This document shows, piece by piece, positions 1 to 8,713 of a stretch of 28,075 bases of DNA. Location: assembly GCA_041571435.1 (NCBI GenBank), contig JBFFUI010000031.1, positions 1 to 28,075 on the forward strand, given 5' to 3'. The position numbers and the translations under genes were made by a program. Source of the stretch: Sulfurimonadaceae bacterium. Lineage in GTDB: Bacteria > Campylobacterota > Campylobacteria > Campylobacterales > Sulfurimonadaceae. How positions within the stretch are numbered: the stretch's first letter is position 1; every line of letters starts with the position of its first letter. Below the pieces are notes generated by a model. That model was not told where the DNA came from and ran no database searches. It saw only the letters and a list, made by a program, of their open reading frames with translations.

Positions 1-1014
1 AATCTGCATCTTGAAGCCGTTACAAAAGAGTTTACTACCGATGTCGAATTGGTCGGTGTCTTCAACCCGAACCTCGGCAAACCTATCATCGATCTGCGTG
101 CTCTCGCGGTCATGGGCATTGTCGATGCCCTCAAAAAACTCCCCTTCTTTCTGCGTCTCAGCAAGCAGATGCTTGCCCTGGTTCCCGAAGTGGACAAAGT
201 GCTTTTGATCGACTCCAGCGGGTTCAACCTCCCCCTCGCAAAAAAGATCAAAAAGAAGTACCCGGACAAAGAGATCATCTACTATATCCTGCCGCAGGCG
301 TGGGCGTGGAAGAAAAAGCGGATACCGGTCCTGGCAAAGACGATTGACCACCTTGCGTCTATCTTGCCTTTCGAGCCTTCCTACTACCCGAAAGGTGCTC
401 CGATCGAGTATGTCGGCCATCCTCTTCTCGATGAGATCCCGCAGCTTAAACAGAGCCGTTCTGTCGGTAACAAGATCGCCTTTATGCCGGGAAGCCGAAA
501 AAGCGAAATAAAAAGTCTGATGCCCCACTATATCGCGCTGCAAAAAGAGCTGCAGTGCGAAGCGGTCCTGATCGTCCCTGAGCATTTTAAAGAGAAGATC
601 GGTGAACTCTATGGGGATATTTCCAACTTTACGATCGCTTACGATGCCCATAAAACACTCTACGAGTGTGACTTTGCCTTTATCTGCAGCGGTACAGCGA
701 CACTTGAAGCCGTTTTGATCGGGACACCTTTTGTCCTAAGTTTTATCGCGAAAAAGGTGGATTACTTCATCGGCTCCAGACTGCTTGACATCGAATATAT
801 CGGTCTTGGCAACATTATGTTCGACAAGTTCAAACATCGCAGTATCCATCCCGAACTCATCCAGGACGAAGTCACCTTGGAAAACCTGCTGCGTGCCTAC
901 AGAGAGATGGACCAGGAGAAGTTCTTTGACGATGCGATACAGCTTCGAAACTATTTACAACACGGCAGTTCCAAGCGTGTTGCACAAATCATAGAGGGTA
1001 CAAATGACCATTAA
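1..1014 (+). CDS. lpxB: Lipid-A-disaccharide synthase (5' end outside the window)
   Basis: Frame is open from position 1 (NLHLEAV...). LpxB motifs: AVMGIVD, LIDSSGFN, YYILPQAWAWK, ILPFE, YVGHPL, MPGSRKSEI, CSGTATLE. Confidence 0.96.
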   Translation, partial: NLHLEAVTKEFTTDVELVGVFNPNLGKPIIDLRALAVMGIVDALKKLPFFLRLSKQMLALVPEVDKVLLIDSSGFNLPLAKKIKKKYPDKEIIYYILPQAWAWKKKRIPVLAKTIDHLASILPFEPSYYPKGAPIEYVGHPLLDEIPQLKQSRSVGNKIAFMPGSRKSEIKSLMPHYIALQKELQCEAVLIVPEHFKEKIGELYGDISNFTIAYDAHKTLYECDFAFICSGTATLEAVLIGTPFVLSFIAKKVDYFIGSRLLDIEYIGLGNIMFDKFKHRSIHPELIQDEVTLENLLRAYREMDQEKFFDDAIQLRNYLQHGSSKRVAQIIEGTNDH

Positions 1015-2089
1015 TTTCAGCGCGAGACAACGCCAGTACGAAAAACACAAAAGCACCATCGACAAGTTGCTGCTCAAAAGTATCACGCAGGAGAAGGCAA
1101 CCTGCACCGAGAACACCCTGCAGCTCGAAAAAGATATCGCAGCGTATGTCGGCAGCAGAGATGCGATAGTCTGTAACACGCAGTTCAACGCTTTTATCCT
1201 GCTCTTTATGGTCCTGGACCTTCATGCCGGTGATGAAGTCATCACGTCACCGCTGGGTTCGGGCATTGCTGTCCAGGCGGCCCTTTTTATGGGTGCCCGA
1301 GTGATCTTTGCGGACATCAACGAAGCGGATTGCACCCTGGATGTCGAGCAGGTCGAAGATGCGATCACCGAACGTACCAAACTAATCATCCCGGTCTCAC
1401 CGTTCGGCAATATCGCCGATATGGCTGCTATAAACGCTTTGGCCGAGCAGCACGATCTCTGTGTCATCGAGGATGCGGCAGAGAGCTTCGGCTCCGCGCA
1501 AAACGGAAAACGCTCCTGCCGACTCTCCAAACTGGCCACAACCTCATTTTATCCGGACATGCCGCTGCACGGTTTTGGTAACGGCGCAGCGCTCTTTATC
1601 GAAGATGACACACTCCGGGCAAAAGCCAGACTTCTCCGCTCTCAGGGAAAAGACAACGGTGATTATAAAGCCGTCGGCATTGAAGCGTGCATGGATGAGA
1701 TCCAGGCAGCCGTTGTCGACTATAAACTCTCCATCTTTGATGCAGAGATCGACACACGAAAAGCGGTGGCAGAGCACTACACCAAGCGTTTACAGAGCAG
1801 TGATATCATCTTGCCCACCTTGCAAAACGACAGCAACTTTGCCTTCTATCCCATTCGACTAAACGACCGCCAGACTGTTGTCGAGAGACTCTCCCAAGCC
1901 CGTATCCAGACAAAGGTACCGTTCAGCCGACCACTGCACCTGGAAGAGGCATTCACCTTTATGCCTTATACCCGCGGCGATTTTCCGGTCAGCGAAAAAG
2001 TGGCGAATGAGCTGCTGCTTATCCCTTTGAACGCCTACTTGACAGCGCAAGAGCAAGAAGAGATCATTACGCTGCTGCTGCCGGCATGA
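1004..2089 (+). CDS. DegT/DnrJ/EryC1/StrS-fold protein, WbpE/GnnB-like; probably catalytically inactive (Lys replaced by Met)
   Basis: Family motifs GDEVIT, FADI, TERTKLIIPV, VIEDAAESFG, DEIQAA, PLH, FPVSE. The usual SFxPxKPLG reads SFYPDMPLHG. Overlaps the lpxB end by 11 nt. Confidence 0.85.
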   Translation: MTINFSARQRQYEKHKSTIDKLLLKSITQEKATCTENTLQLEKDIAAYVGSRDAIVCNTQFNAFILLFMVLDLHAGDEVITSPLGSGIAVQAALFMGARVIFADINEADCTLDVEQVEDAITERTKLIIPVSPFGNIADMAAINALAEQHDLCVIEDAAESFGSAQNGKRSCRLSKLATTSFYPDMPLHGFGNGAALFIEDDTLRAKARLLRSQGKDNGDYKAVGIEACMDEIQAAVVDYKLSIFDAEIDTRKAVAEHYTKRLQSSDIILPTLQNDSNFAFYPIRLNDRQTVVERLSQARIQTKVPFSRPLHLEEAFTFMPYTRGDFPVSEKVANELLLIPLNAYLTAQEQEEIITLLLPA

Positions 2090-2092
2090 CCC

Positions 2093-2124
2093 CACACTAA
2101 TTTCACACTAAATCTTTCTATACT
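2093..2124 (+). promoter_or_regulatory. CACACTAA direct repeat (11-bp period) followed by a TATACT -10-like hexamer
   Basis: CACACTAA at 2093-2100 and 2104-2111; TATACT at 2119-2124. Confidence 0.4.
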
Positions 2125-2130
2125 CTAAAT

Positions 2131-2157
2131 AGAGAGGAACTAAAAAAGTTCTTCTCT
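2131..2157 (+). other. Stem-loop (5' UTR hairpin, or terminator of the lpxB operon)
   Basis: AGAGAGGAACT-aaaaa-AGTTCTTCTCT: 11-bp stem with one G-U pair; no U-tract. Confidence 0.45.
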
Positions 2158-2170
2158 GAAAAGGGTGCAT

Positions 2171-2584
2171 ATGAAAAAAATTTCGCTTATACTCTTATTG
2201 ATCACCACATTTTTATATGGAGGCTCAGATGAGATCGATTCTGAGCTTCTGTTTACAAGTGAAAACTTTGTCCATGATCATGAATCAGCGTATGGGGTGA
2301 CCAACAGTTACTCTTTCCTGGTTGCCAAGCATCAGATCCATGCAGATGACTGTCTTCTATTTTATTACGGGACCAAGGTAGGGTTTGTCATCGGTGACTA
2401 CACGGCAGAGAATGGATTCGGTCCGCATATCGATAATTTTGCGACTATTATCAACACCAACCTTGGCATAGATTATGACCTAAAAGCGTCTCAAAAACTG
2501 AGTTTTGAGGGGAGCCGTTCCCAGGATGAGTATACCGGGCATGTCGAAAGCTACGTAAAAGTCGGCTATCGCTACAGATTTTAA
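2171..2584 (+). CDS. Small exported protein, outer-membrane beta-strand-like (paralog 1)
   Basis: ATG at 2171 after AAGGG; signal peptide MKKISLILLLITTFLYG; amphipathic strands; C-terminus YVKVGYRYRF resembles a beta-signal. Confidence 0.75.
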   Translation: MKKISLILLLITTFLYGGSDEIDSELLFTSENFVHDHESAYGVTNSYSFLVAKHQIHADDCLLFYYGTKVGFVIGDYTAENGFGPHIDNFATIINTNLGIDYDLKASQKLSFEGSRSQDEYTGHVESYVKVGYRYRF

Positions 2585-2716
2585 TACTCCATACACTCCC
2601 CGCTCTGCAACATCGATGTTTGAATAGAAATGAACCCTATCTATCAATAAAAGTAATATTACACTAATACAAAATCAAAAGCATTTTTTAAAATGATATA
2701 ATTTATAATTATTTTT

Positions 2717-3130
2717 ATGAAAAAGATTGTATTTTTATCGCTACTGACATCAACACTGTTTGCGGAGCAAAAACATGATATTTTTGATTTCTTTGTAGAT
2801 CAAGATGTTAAAAAAGTCACAAACAAGTCAGATTTCGGCAAATGCAACACTTACTCACTGCTCTTTGCCAAACACTCATTGGCCACAGAAGATGCAAACC
2901 TCCACTTTTTTTACGGTGCTAAAATGGGGCTTGTACAAGAAGAGTATACAAGCGAAAACGGGTTTGGGATCCCCTTGAACAAACTCGGTGCCTATTATGC
3001 TGCTGCCGTCGGAATAGAATACGACTTTGGCAAAAACGCGCTCTTGATGGCAGAAGGTCTTCGCTCAGAAGATGAAGTGCTTCAACGTTCAGAAAGCAAG
3101 CTCAAACTGACCTATACCTACAATTACTGA
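2717..3130 (+). CDS. Small exported protein, outer-membrane beta-strand-like (paralog 2)
   Basis: Signal peptide MKKIVFLSLLTSTLFA; aligns with paralog 1 (AKH, YGxKxG, YTxENGFG, GIxYD, EGxRSxDE); C-terminus LKLTYTYNY. Confidence 0.75.
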   Translation: MKKIVFLSLLTSTLFAEQKHDIFDFFVDQDVKKVTNKSDFGKCNTYSLLFAKHSLATEDANLHFFYGAKMGLVQEEYTSENGFGIPLNKLGAYYAAAVGIEYDFGKNALLMAEGLRSEDEVLQRSESKLKLTYTYNY

Positions 3131-3522
3131 TGCGTTCCCTCATCCTCTGTTATCTGTGATAATGCTGCTGTCATCTCTTTGATATTGTAGACACCGACCA
3201 AACGTTTAATCGTCTCACCGCTATTCTTCATGAAATAGAAGGTCGGCGTACCGATGTAGGTCAGACCATGGATCTCATCATCATGGACATCGAGATAGAG
3301 GGGGATGAAGTGTTTCTCCAGCTCTTCGACCAAAGCTGCATCCTCAAAGACGATGTTCTCCATATACCAGCAGGCATTGCAGTTCTCCTTGGAGAGCATG
3401 ATCATCACCCCTTTATCCTCTTCTTTGGCCTTCTCAAAAGCTTCAGCATAACCGGGGGACCAGTTAGGAGCACCAAAAAGTGCCGTTGCCGTCAGAAGAA
3501 AAAGAAGTAAAAAAGACTTCAT
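3124..3522 (-). CDS. Periplasmic thioredoxin-fold protein (SoxW/Thioredoxin_2-like)
   Basis: Signal peptide; A-K-x-E-x-K helix; CNAC active site; GTPT cis-Pro loop; 6 nt downstream of dsbD. Confidence 0.85.
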   Translation of the reverse strand: MKSFLLLFLLTATALFGAPNWSPGYAEAFEKAKEEDKGVMIMLSKENCNACWYMENIVFEDAALVEELEKHFIPLYLDVHDDEIHGLTYIGTPTFYFMKNSGETIKRLVGVYNIKEMTAALSQITEDEGTHQ

Positions 3523-3528
3523 GGGATT

Positions 3529-5352
3529 TTAGAGTTTGTTGAGATGGGCCAAAAACTCTTCAGGCGGACGATATCCGATAATGCGTGCATGTTTGAGCTC
3601 TTCTGCATCTTTGAAGAAGAGAATACCCGGAGGGCCGAAAAGTCCGAACCGCTTTGTCAATTCACGCTCTTGATCACTGTTTTCAGAGACATCGGCCTGC
3701 ACCAGGACAAACTCGGTCATCTTTGCTTTGACACGCTCATCCGCGAAGGTAACATGCTCCATCTCCTTGCATGAGCTGCACCACTCTGCCGAAAAGTCCA
3801 ATATGACCGTCTTATCTTTATTGGCCTGCAAAACAGCGTCCAGTTCTGTACTGCTGTGGATAACGATCCAGTTGTTTGCACTGCCCTGTATCGCTTCACC
3901 CTGAACAACCGTTGTGCTTTTGTTCGTAAACTGGTCCAGCGGTGTGAACATTGAGGTCGAACCGCTAAGCGCACCGGTAAAGAGCAAGGCTCCGTAGACG
4001 ATAAAAAGCACACCAATCGCTTTCGTCATGGCATGCCATCCGCGTTTGCCGGCTTCCAACGGTTCAAGGGCACCCATGTAGACGGCAGAGAACATGAAGA
4101 AGATCGCCCATAATATCATGGTTGCCTCATCCGGCAGAATACGACTCAACATCCAGATCGCAATCGCCAGCATGACCGCACCAAAGACATGGGTCAAGGT
4201 ATCCATCCAGCCGCCAGGACGCGGCATGAACTTACCGGCACCGGCACCGATCAACAGCAGCGGCAGTCCCATACCGATACTCATGACAAAGAGTGCTGTA
4301 CCGCCAAGCAGTGCATCGCCAGTCTGACCGATATAGATCAGCGCACCGGCCAATCCCGGTGCCACACACGGTCCCACGATCAATGCCGACAGAAAGCCCA
4401 TAACGGCAACACCGAAAAAGCCGCCCTTTGAACTCGCACTGTCCGAAGCAGACGAAAGCTTTGACTGCCATGATGCCGGCAGACCGATCTCATAAAAACC
4501 GAACATGGAGAGCGCCAGTGCAACAAAGATCAACGCAAATCCGACGATCGCCAGTTCGTTCTGAAGCAGTACCTGAAGGTTTTCTCCAAAAATACCGGCC
4601 AGGACACCGGCTATCGAGTAGGCCACTGCCATCGCCAGGACATAGACCAATGAGAGCATAAACCCTTTCTTGGCACTAATGTCTTCACCCTGTGAGACAA
4701 TGATCGAAGAGAGGATCGGGATCATAGGGAAGATACACGGTGTAAGGGAAAGGACAACACCGATACCGAAGAAGATCACCAAGATGGACCAGACAGAACC
4801 GCCTTGAAGGGCTGCTACGATCTTATCTGTCTCTGATGTTCCAAAGTCGTCGGTTGCTTCAGGCGTGTCGACTGCTGTATCCGCTTTCGTTGTCATAGCA
4901 GAAAGGAGACTCTCAGAACCGCCCGAAACCGGTAATGAGGCTGTTTCGATCTCTAAGCTAAACTCTTTTGAAGAGGGTTCGTAACAGAGCCCTGCTTCCG
5001 AACATCCTTGATAGCTCATCACAAGCGTCACGGTCTCTTTCTCTGCTGCAGCCGCACTTTTCGAGAAATTGATCACGGCATGGATATCTTCAGGGTAGAT
5101 CATATCGCCGTCATGATCAACCGCTTTATTGGCTATATCCGTCTTGGCGATCTTGAGGTCAGATTCGCCTTTGAGTGTAAATTTAAACTTGTCTTGATAG
5201 ACGTAAATCTTATCACCTAACTTTATCGTCGCTTCGACACTCGAACCATCAACGACTTTGGCAGATGGCATAAATGCCTCATCCGGCATTAAAAACTTGC
5301 TCTCGGCAAAGAGAGAGACTGCCATCAAAAGTAAAGTAATAATTTTATTCAT
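3529..5352 (-). CDS. dsbD: Thiol:disulfide interchange protein DsbD
   Basis: Three domains: N-terminal QGCSEAGLCY; transmembrane LTPCIFPMIPI, GPCVAP and PRPGGWM; C-terminal thioredoxin AEWCSSCK. Confidence 0.95.
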   Translation of the reverse strand: MNKIITLLLMAVSLFAESKFLMPDEAFMPSAKVVDGSSVEATIKLGDKIYVYQDKFKFTLKGESDLKIAKTDIANKAVDHDGDMIYPEDIHAVINFSKSAAAAEKETVTLVMSYQGCSEAGLCYEPSSKEFSLEIETASLPVSGGSESLLSAMTTKADTAVDTPEATDDFGTSETDKIVAALQGGSVWSILVIFFGIGVVLSLTPCIFPMIPILSSIIVSQGEDISAKKGFMLSLVYVLAMAVAYSIAGVLAGIFGENLQVLLQNELAIVGFALIFVALALSMFGFYEIGLPASWQSKLSSASDSASSKGGFFGVAVMGFLSALIVGPCVAPGLAGALIYIGQTGDALLGGTALFVMSIGMGLPLLLIGAGAGKFMPRPGGWMDTLTHVFGAVMLAIAIWMLSRILPDEATMILWAIFFMFSAVYMGALEPLEAGKRGWHAMTKAIGVLFIVYGALLFTGALSGSTSMFTPLDQFTNKSTTVVQGEAIQGSANNWIVIHSSTELDAVLQANKDKTVILDFSAEWCSSCKEMEHVTFADERVKAKMTEFVLVQADVSENSDQERELTKRFGLFGPPGILFFKDAEELKHARIIGYRPPEEFLAHLNKL

Positions 5353-5474
5353 ATCTATCCTTGAAAGTGGTTGTTATCTTAGAATGCAGAAAAAGCTGAT
5401 AGCAAACCCGGTAATTGCATAATGCTAAACGGTCATTTTCACGATTGGTGAATGACCTCTTATTATAATGAATC

Positions 5475-5496
5475 TGTAATTCAACTCATAATTACA
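5475..5496. promoter_or_regulatory. Palindromic operator-like site in the divergent dsbD/yyaL-like promoter region
   Basis: TGTAATT-N8-AATTACA, beside overlapping TATAAT hexamers on both strands at 5462-5469. Confidence 0.4.
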
Positions 5497-5601
5497 ACAT
5501 AAATTCACTAGTATTCTACCAAATTCTTTTTACTATTTTAATGTTTTAAGACCTACGTTACCCATTTACGCTATATTTTTAAAAAACCGAGGAAGACCAA
5601 G

Positions 5602-7533
5602 ATGCCGAACCGTCTGCAGAAAGAAGATTCACCCTATCTACAACAACATAAAAACAATCCTGTCGATTGGTATCCTTGGTGTGACGAAGCCTTTGAGAAA
5701 GCAAAGAGGGAGCACAAGGCGATCTTCATCTCTATTGGCTACAGTTCATGTCACTGGTGTCATGTCATGGAGCACGAGGTCTTTGAAAATGAGAAGATCG
5801 CCGCGTTCCTGAACGAGCACTTTGTTGCCATCAAGGTCGATAAAGAGGAGCGTCCCGATATCGACAAACACTATCAGGAAGTGCATATGCTTCTCAACAG
5901 ACGTGCAGGCGGCTGGCCGACATCGATCTTCTCTACCCCGGAGAACAAACCCTTTTACGCTGCGACCTATATCCCTCCCGAACCGCAGGAGAGGATGATG
6001 GGCTTTATGCAGCTTATCGAGATCATCGCACCGAAGATCGCAGAAAACGATGAAAAACTTTTTCAAAATGCTGATGAGATAGAGAACTATTTACAGCCGG
6101 ACAGACGTCCCAAGGAGGCCAAAGCACTCCAGCTCAACATTATTGACAACTTCTTAAAACAGGCACAGCACAACTATGATGAGGCCTATGGCGGTTTTTC
6201 GGTCTCACCCAAATTCCCGCACGCCTCGACGCTTAACGCACTGCTCAACATTGCCGTCATCGAGAACAACAAAGAGGCTGAACAGATGGTACGCCACACC
6301 TTGACACAGATGCAGCTCGGCGGGATGTATGACCTGGTCGAAGGCGGGTTCTGCCGTTATTCAACCGATGCCCAATGGCTCGTTCCCCACTTTGAGAAGA
6401 TGACCTACGACAACGGCCTCTTGATAGAGCTCTACACCAAAGCTGGATTGCAGCTTCACGACGAACGGCTGTTGACAACGGCAAAAGAGAGTGCCGACTT
6501 TATGCTTTCCACCATGGCTGAAGATCACCTCTTTTACTCGGCCAGCGATGCGGACACGGAAGGTGAAGAGGGAAAATACTTTGTCTATGATCTTGATGAA
6601 GTCACAGAATGCCTCAGTAAAGAAGGGTATGACGAGGAGCGGATCAGAGAGATATGCGGTGTGCTCTCTATCACGCAAGATGGCAACTTTGAAGGGCATA
6701 ATGTCTTGCAGTTGAGTGTCGATGAACGTCCCGAGTGGTTCAGTGATGTCATGGGTCTGCTACAGACGATCCGTCAGAGCAGACGCTACCCGTTTATCGA
6801 CAAGAAAGTCCAGGTCTCCTGGAACGCCATGATGGTCACTGCGCTGTTTACCCTCTCGGACATCGAGCGGGGATATCTGAGCACAGCAAAAAGCCATCTA
6901 AATGCCCTTCTTGAGACAATGTTCATTGACGGCAAACTCTACCACTCGACGCTTATCCACAAAGTGCCGAAAGTCGAAGCCTTTTTGGAGGACTATGCCT
7001 ATCTTGGACGGGCATTGATCAAAGCCTATGAATCGACATTTGACGAACACTACCTGATCTTGGCGCAGCAGTTTGCAAACTCGGCTTTGACAAACTTCTT
7101 CGAAGAGGGGCGCTGGTATTTCTCCAAAGGCGAGTTTGTCACCGAAGCCGATATCGGCGACAGCTCGTATCCCGGTTCAGTCGGCGTCATCGTCGACCTG
7201 CTGTTGAGCCTCGGCAGCCTGGTCGATACGAAATACCGTCATTTTGCCTTCAAGACCCTGGAGTACTACTCTGTCAAACTCAGCAAGACACCGATCTATT
7301 TCCCTTATCTCTTAGACCAGGCCCATCGCTATATGAAAGAGGACCGCATCATCAAGGGGAAAAAAGAACGGCTTGAAAAAAGCATGCCGGAACTCGCGTC
7401 ACTGACCTATCCCTATACAACACGTTATGCGACGGATGAGAGCGATGGCTTCACGATCTGCGGGATCAACAGCTGTTTTGCCAACACCAATGACGCACAC
7501 CAGATCGATACGCTTATTCAGACCTCCTTCTAA
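5602..7533 (+). CDS. Thioredoxin-domain protein of the YyaL/SSP411 (DUF255) family
   Basis: [70 protein letters not shown]. Confidence 0.93.
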   Translation: MPNRLQKEDSPYLQQHKNNPVDWYPWCDEAFEKAKREHKAIFISIGYSSCHWCHVMEHEVFENEKIAAFLNEHFVAIKVDKEERPDIDKHYQEVHMLLNRRAGGWPTSIFSTPENKPFYAATYIPPEPQERMMGFMQLIEIIAPKIAENDEKLFQNADEIENYLQPDRRPKEAKALQLNIIDNFLKQAQHNYDEAYGGFSVSPKFPHASTLNALLNIAVIENNKEAEQMVRHTLTQMQLGGMYDLVEGGFCRYSTDAQWLVPHFEKMTYDNGLLIELYTKAGLQLHDERLLTTAKESADFMLSTMAEDHLFYSASDADTEGEEGKYFVYDLDEVTECLSKEGYDEERIREICGVLSITQDGNFEGHNVLQLSVDERPEWFSDVMGLLQTIRQSRRYPFIDKKVQVSWNAMMVTALFTLSDIERGYLSTAKSHLNALLETMFIDGKLYHSTLIHKVPKVEAFLEDYAYLGRALIKAYESTFDEHYLILAQQFANSALTNFFEEGRWYFSKGEFVTEADIGDSSYPGSVGVIVDLLLSLGSLVDTKYRHFAFKTLEYYSVKLSKTPIYFPYLLDQAHRYMKEDRIIKGKKERLEKSMPELASLTYPYTTRYATDESDGFTICGINSCFANTNDAHQIDTLIQTSF

Positions 7534-7559
7534 GAGCATTTACTGCTCGCCCTCTCTTT

Positions 7560-7592
7560 TTTACATTTCTTTAACACGTACAGGAATATAAT
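7560..7592 (+). promoter_or_regulatory. ppk2 promoter with a Pho-box-like direct repeat
   Basis: TTTACA-N5-TTAACA (7560-7576), then TATAAT (7587-7592). Confidence 0.45.
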
Positions 7593-7624
7593 GAATCATC
7601 AGGACGGATAAAAGGGAAGAGCCA

Positions 7625-8566
7625 ATGGGAACAAAACGTGACATCATCGACAGCGATCTCAAAGAGGGTGAAGTTCTAGAAGAGAACATTCATAGTGATC
7701 GTCGCGCCAAAAACAAAAAAATGGGCAGCAAAGAGGATAAACGTCTAAAAAAAGGGGACAAAGTACCTGTCTGGGTTAAAAAAGAGGTCCTGGAGTATGA
7801 AGAGGAGCTTCGAACGCTTCAGATCGAACTGTTGAAACTGCAAAACCACATCAAAGACAAAGGTCTTAAACTTCTTATGATCTTTGAAGGGCGTGATGCT
7901 GCAGGGAAAGGCGGGACCATCAAGCGTATTACAGAGCATCTTAACCCGCGTGGTGCGCGTGTCGTCGCCCTCGACAAACCTTCGGACACCGAAAAGACAC
8001 AGTGGTATTTCCAACGCTATACACACCACCTGCCGAGTGCTGGTGAGATTGTCCTCTTTGACCGTTCATGGTATAACCGTGCGGGTGTGGAGCCGGTCAT
8101 GAACTTCTGTACCCAGCAAGAGCATAAAGAGTTTTTGCATGAGGTCCCGGAATATGAACGCATGCAGGTCAATTCAGACACGCTGCTTCTGAAGTTCTAT
8201 TTTTCGGTCTCCAAAGATGAACAGGCCCGCCGTTTCCTCAAGCGCAAAACCGATCCGCTTAAACAGTATAAGCTCTCACCGGTCGATGCGAAGTCGCAAC
8301 AGATGTGGGACAAATACACCATCGCCAAATACTCGATGCTACTGGCCTCGCATACCGACCATGCCCCCTGGACGATCATCCGATCCGACAACAAAAAACA
8401 GGCACGCATCAACTGTATCAAACATATTCTTTCCCAGATCGATTACCCTAAAAAGATCAAAAAGTCGCTGCTGAAAACGGATCCAGCTATTTTGATAAAC
8501 GGCGATCAGGAGATAAAAAACATGGAAAGCAATATGTCGCTGAAAAAGCATGACACAAATGGGTAG
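7625..8566 (+). CDS. ppk2: Polyphosphate kinase 2
   Basis: FEGRDAAGKGG Walker A, QWYFQRY, LFDRSWYNRAGVE, KLSPVD, APWTII. Confidence 0.96.
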   Translation: MGTKRDIIDSDLKEGEVLEENIHSDRRAKNKKMGSKEDKRLKKGDKVPVWVKKEVLEYEEELRTLQIELLKLQNHIKDKGLKLLMIFEGRDAAGKGGTIKRITEHLNPRGARVVALDKPSDTEKTQWYFQRYTHHLPSAGEIVLFDRSWYNRAGVEPVMNFCTQQEHKEFLHEVPEYERMQVNSDTLLLKFYFSVSKDEQARRFLKRKTDPLKQYKLSPVDAKSQQMWDKYTIAKYSMLLASHTDHAPWTIIRSDNKKQARINCIKHILSQIDYPKKIKKSLLKTDPAILINGDQEIKNMESNMSLKKHDTNG

Positions 8567-8576
8567 TGGTAAGTAT

Positions 8577-8713
8577 TTTGTCAAGCGAAGCGGTGACAAA
8601 CTGCACGCAGATTCGATAAGGTAGCTTTGGTGCAGATTGTGCAAAACATCTTACCGAAAGCGTACACCAGGTACGCCAAGCGTTAGATTTTTGTGCAAGG
8701 TGTACCAAAGCTA
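8577..8713. repeat. Structured intergenic repeat, copy A (mini-hairpin plus ~92-nt long hairpin)
   Basis: TTTGTCA..GCGAAGC..TGACAAA at 8577-8600. Long hairpin 8622-8713: TAGCTTTGGTGCA...TGTACCAAAGCTA with inner GCGTAC/GTACGC. Similar to 17760-17847. Confidence 0.7.

Noticed and set aside
5395-5460. Possible c-di-GMP-I riboswitch (GCAAACC seed)
   Set aside because: No GNRA-capped stem or downstream GACGCAAA/P2 elements could be found.
8567-8713. CRISPR array or tRNA as an explanation for the structured gaps (also 17660-17855)
   Set aside because: No repeat-spacer periodicity, cloverleaf or T-loop consensus.
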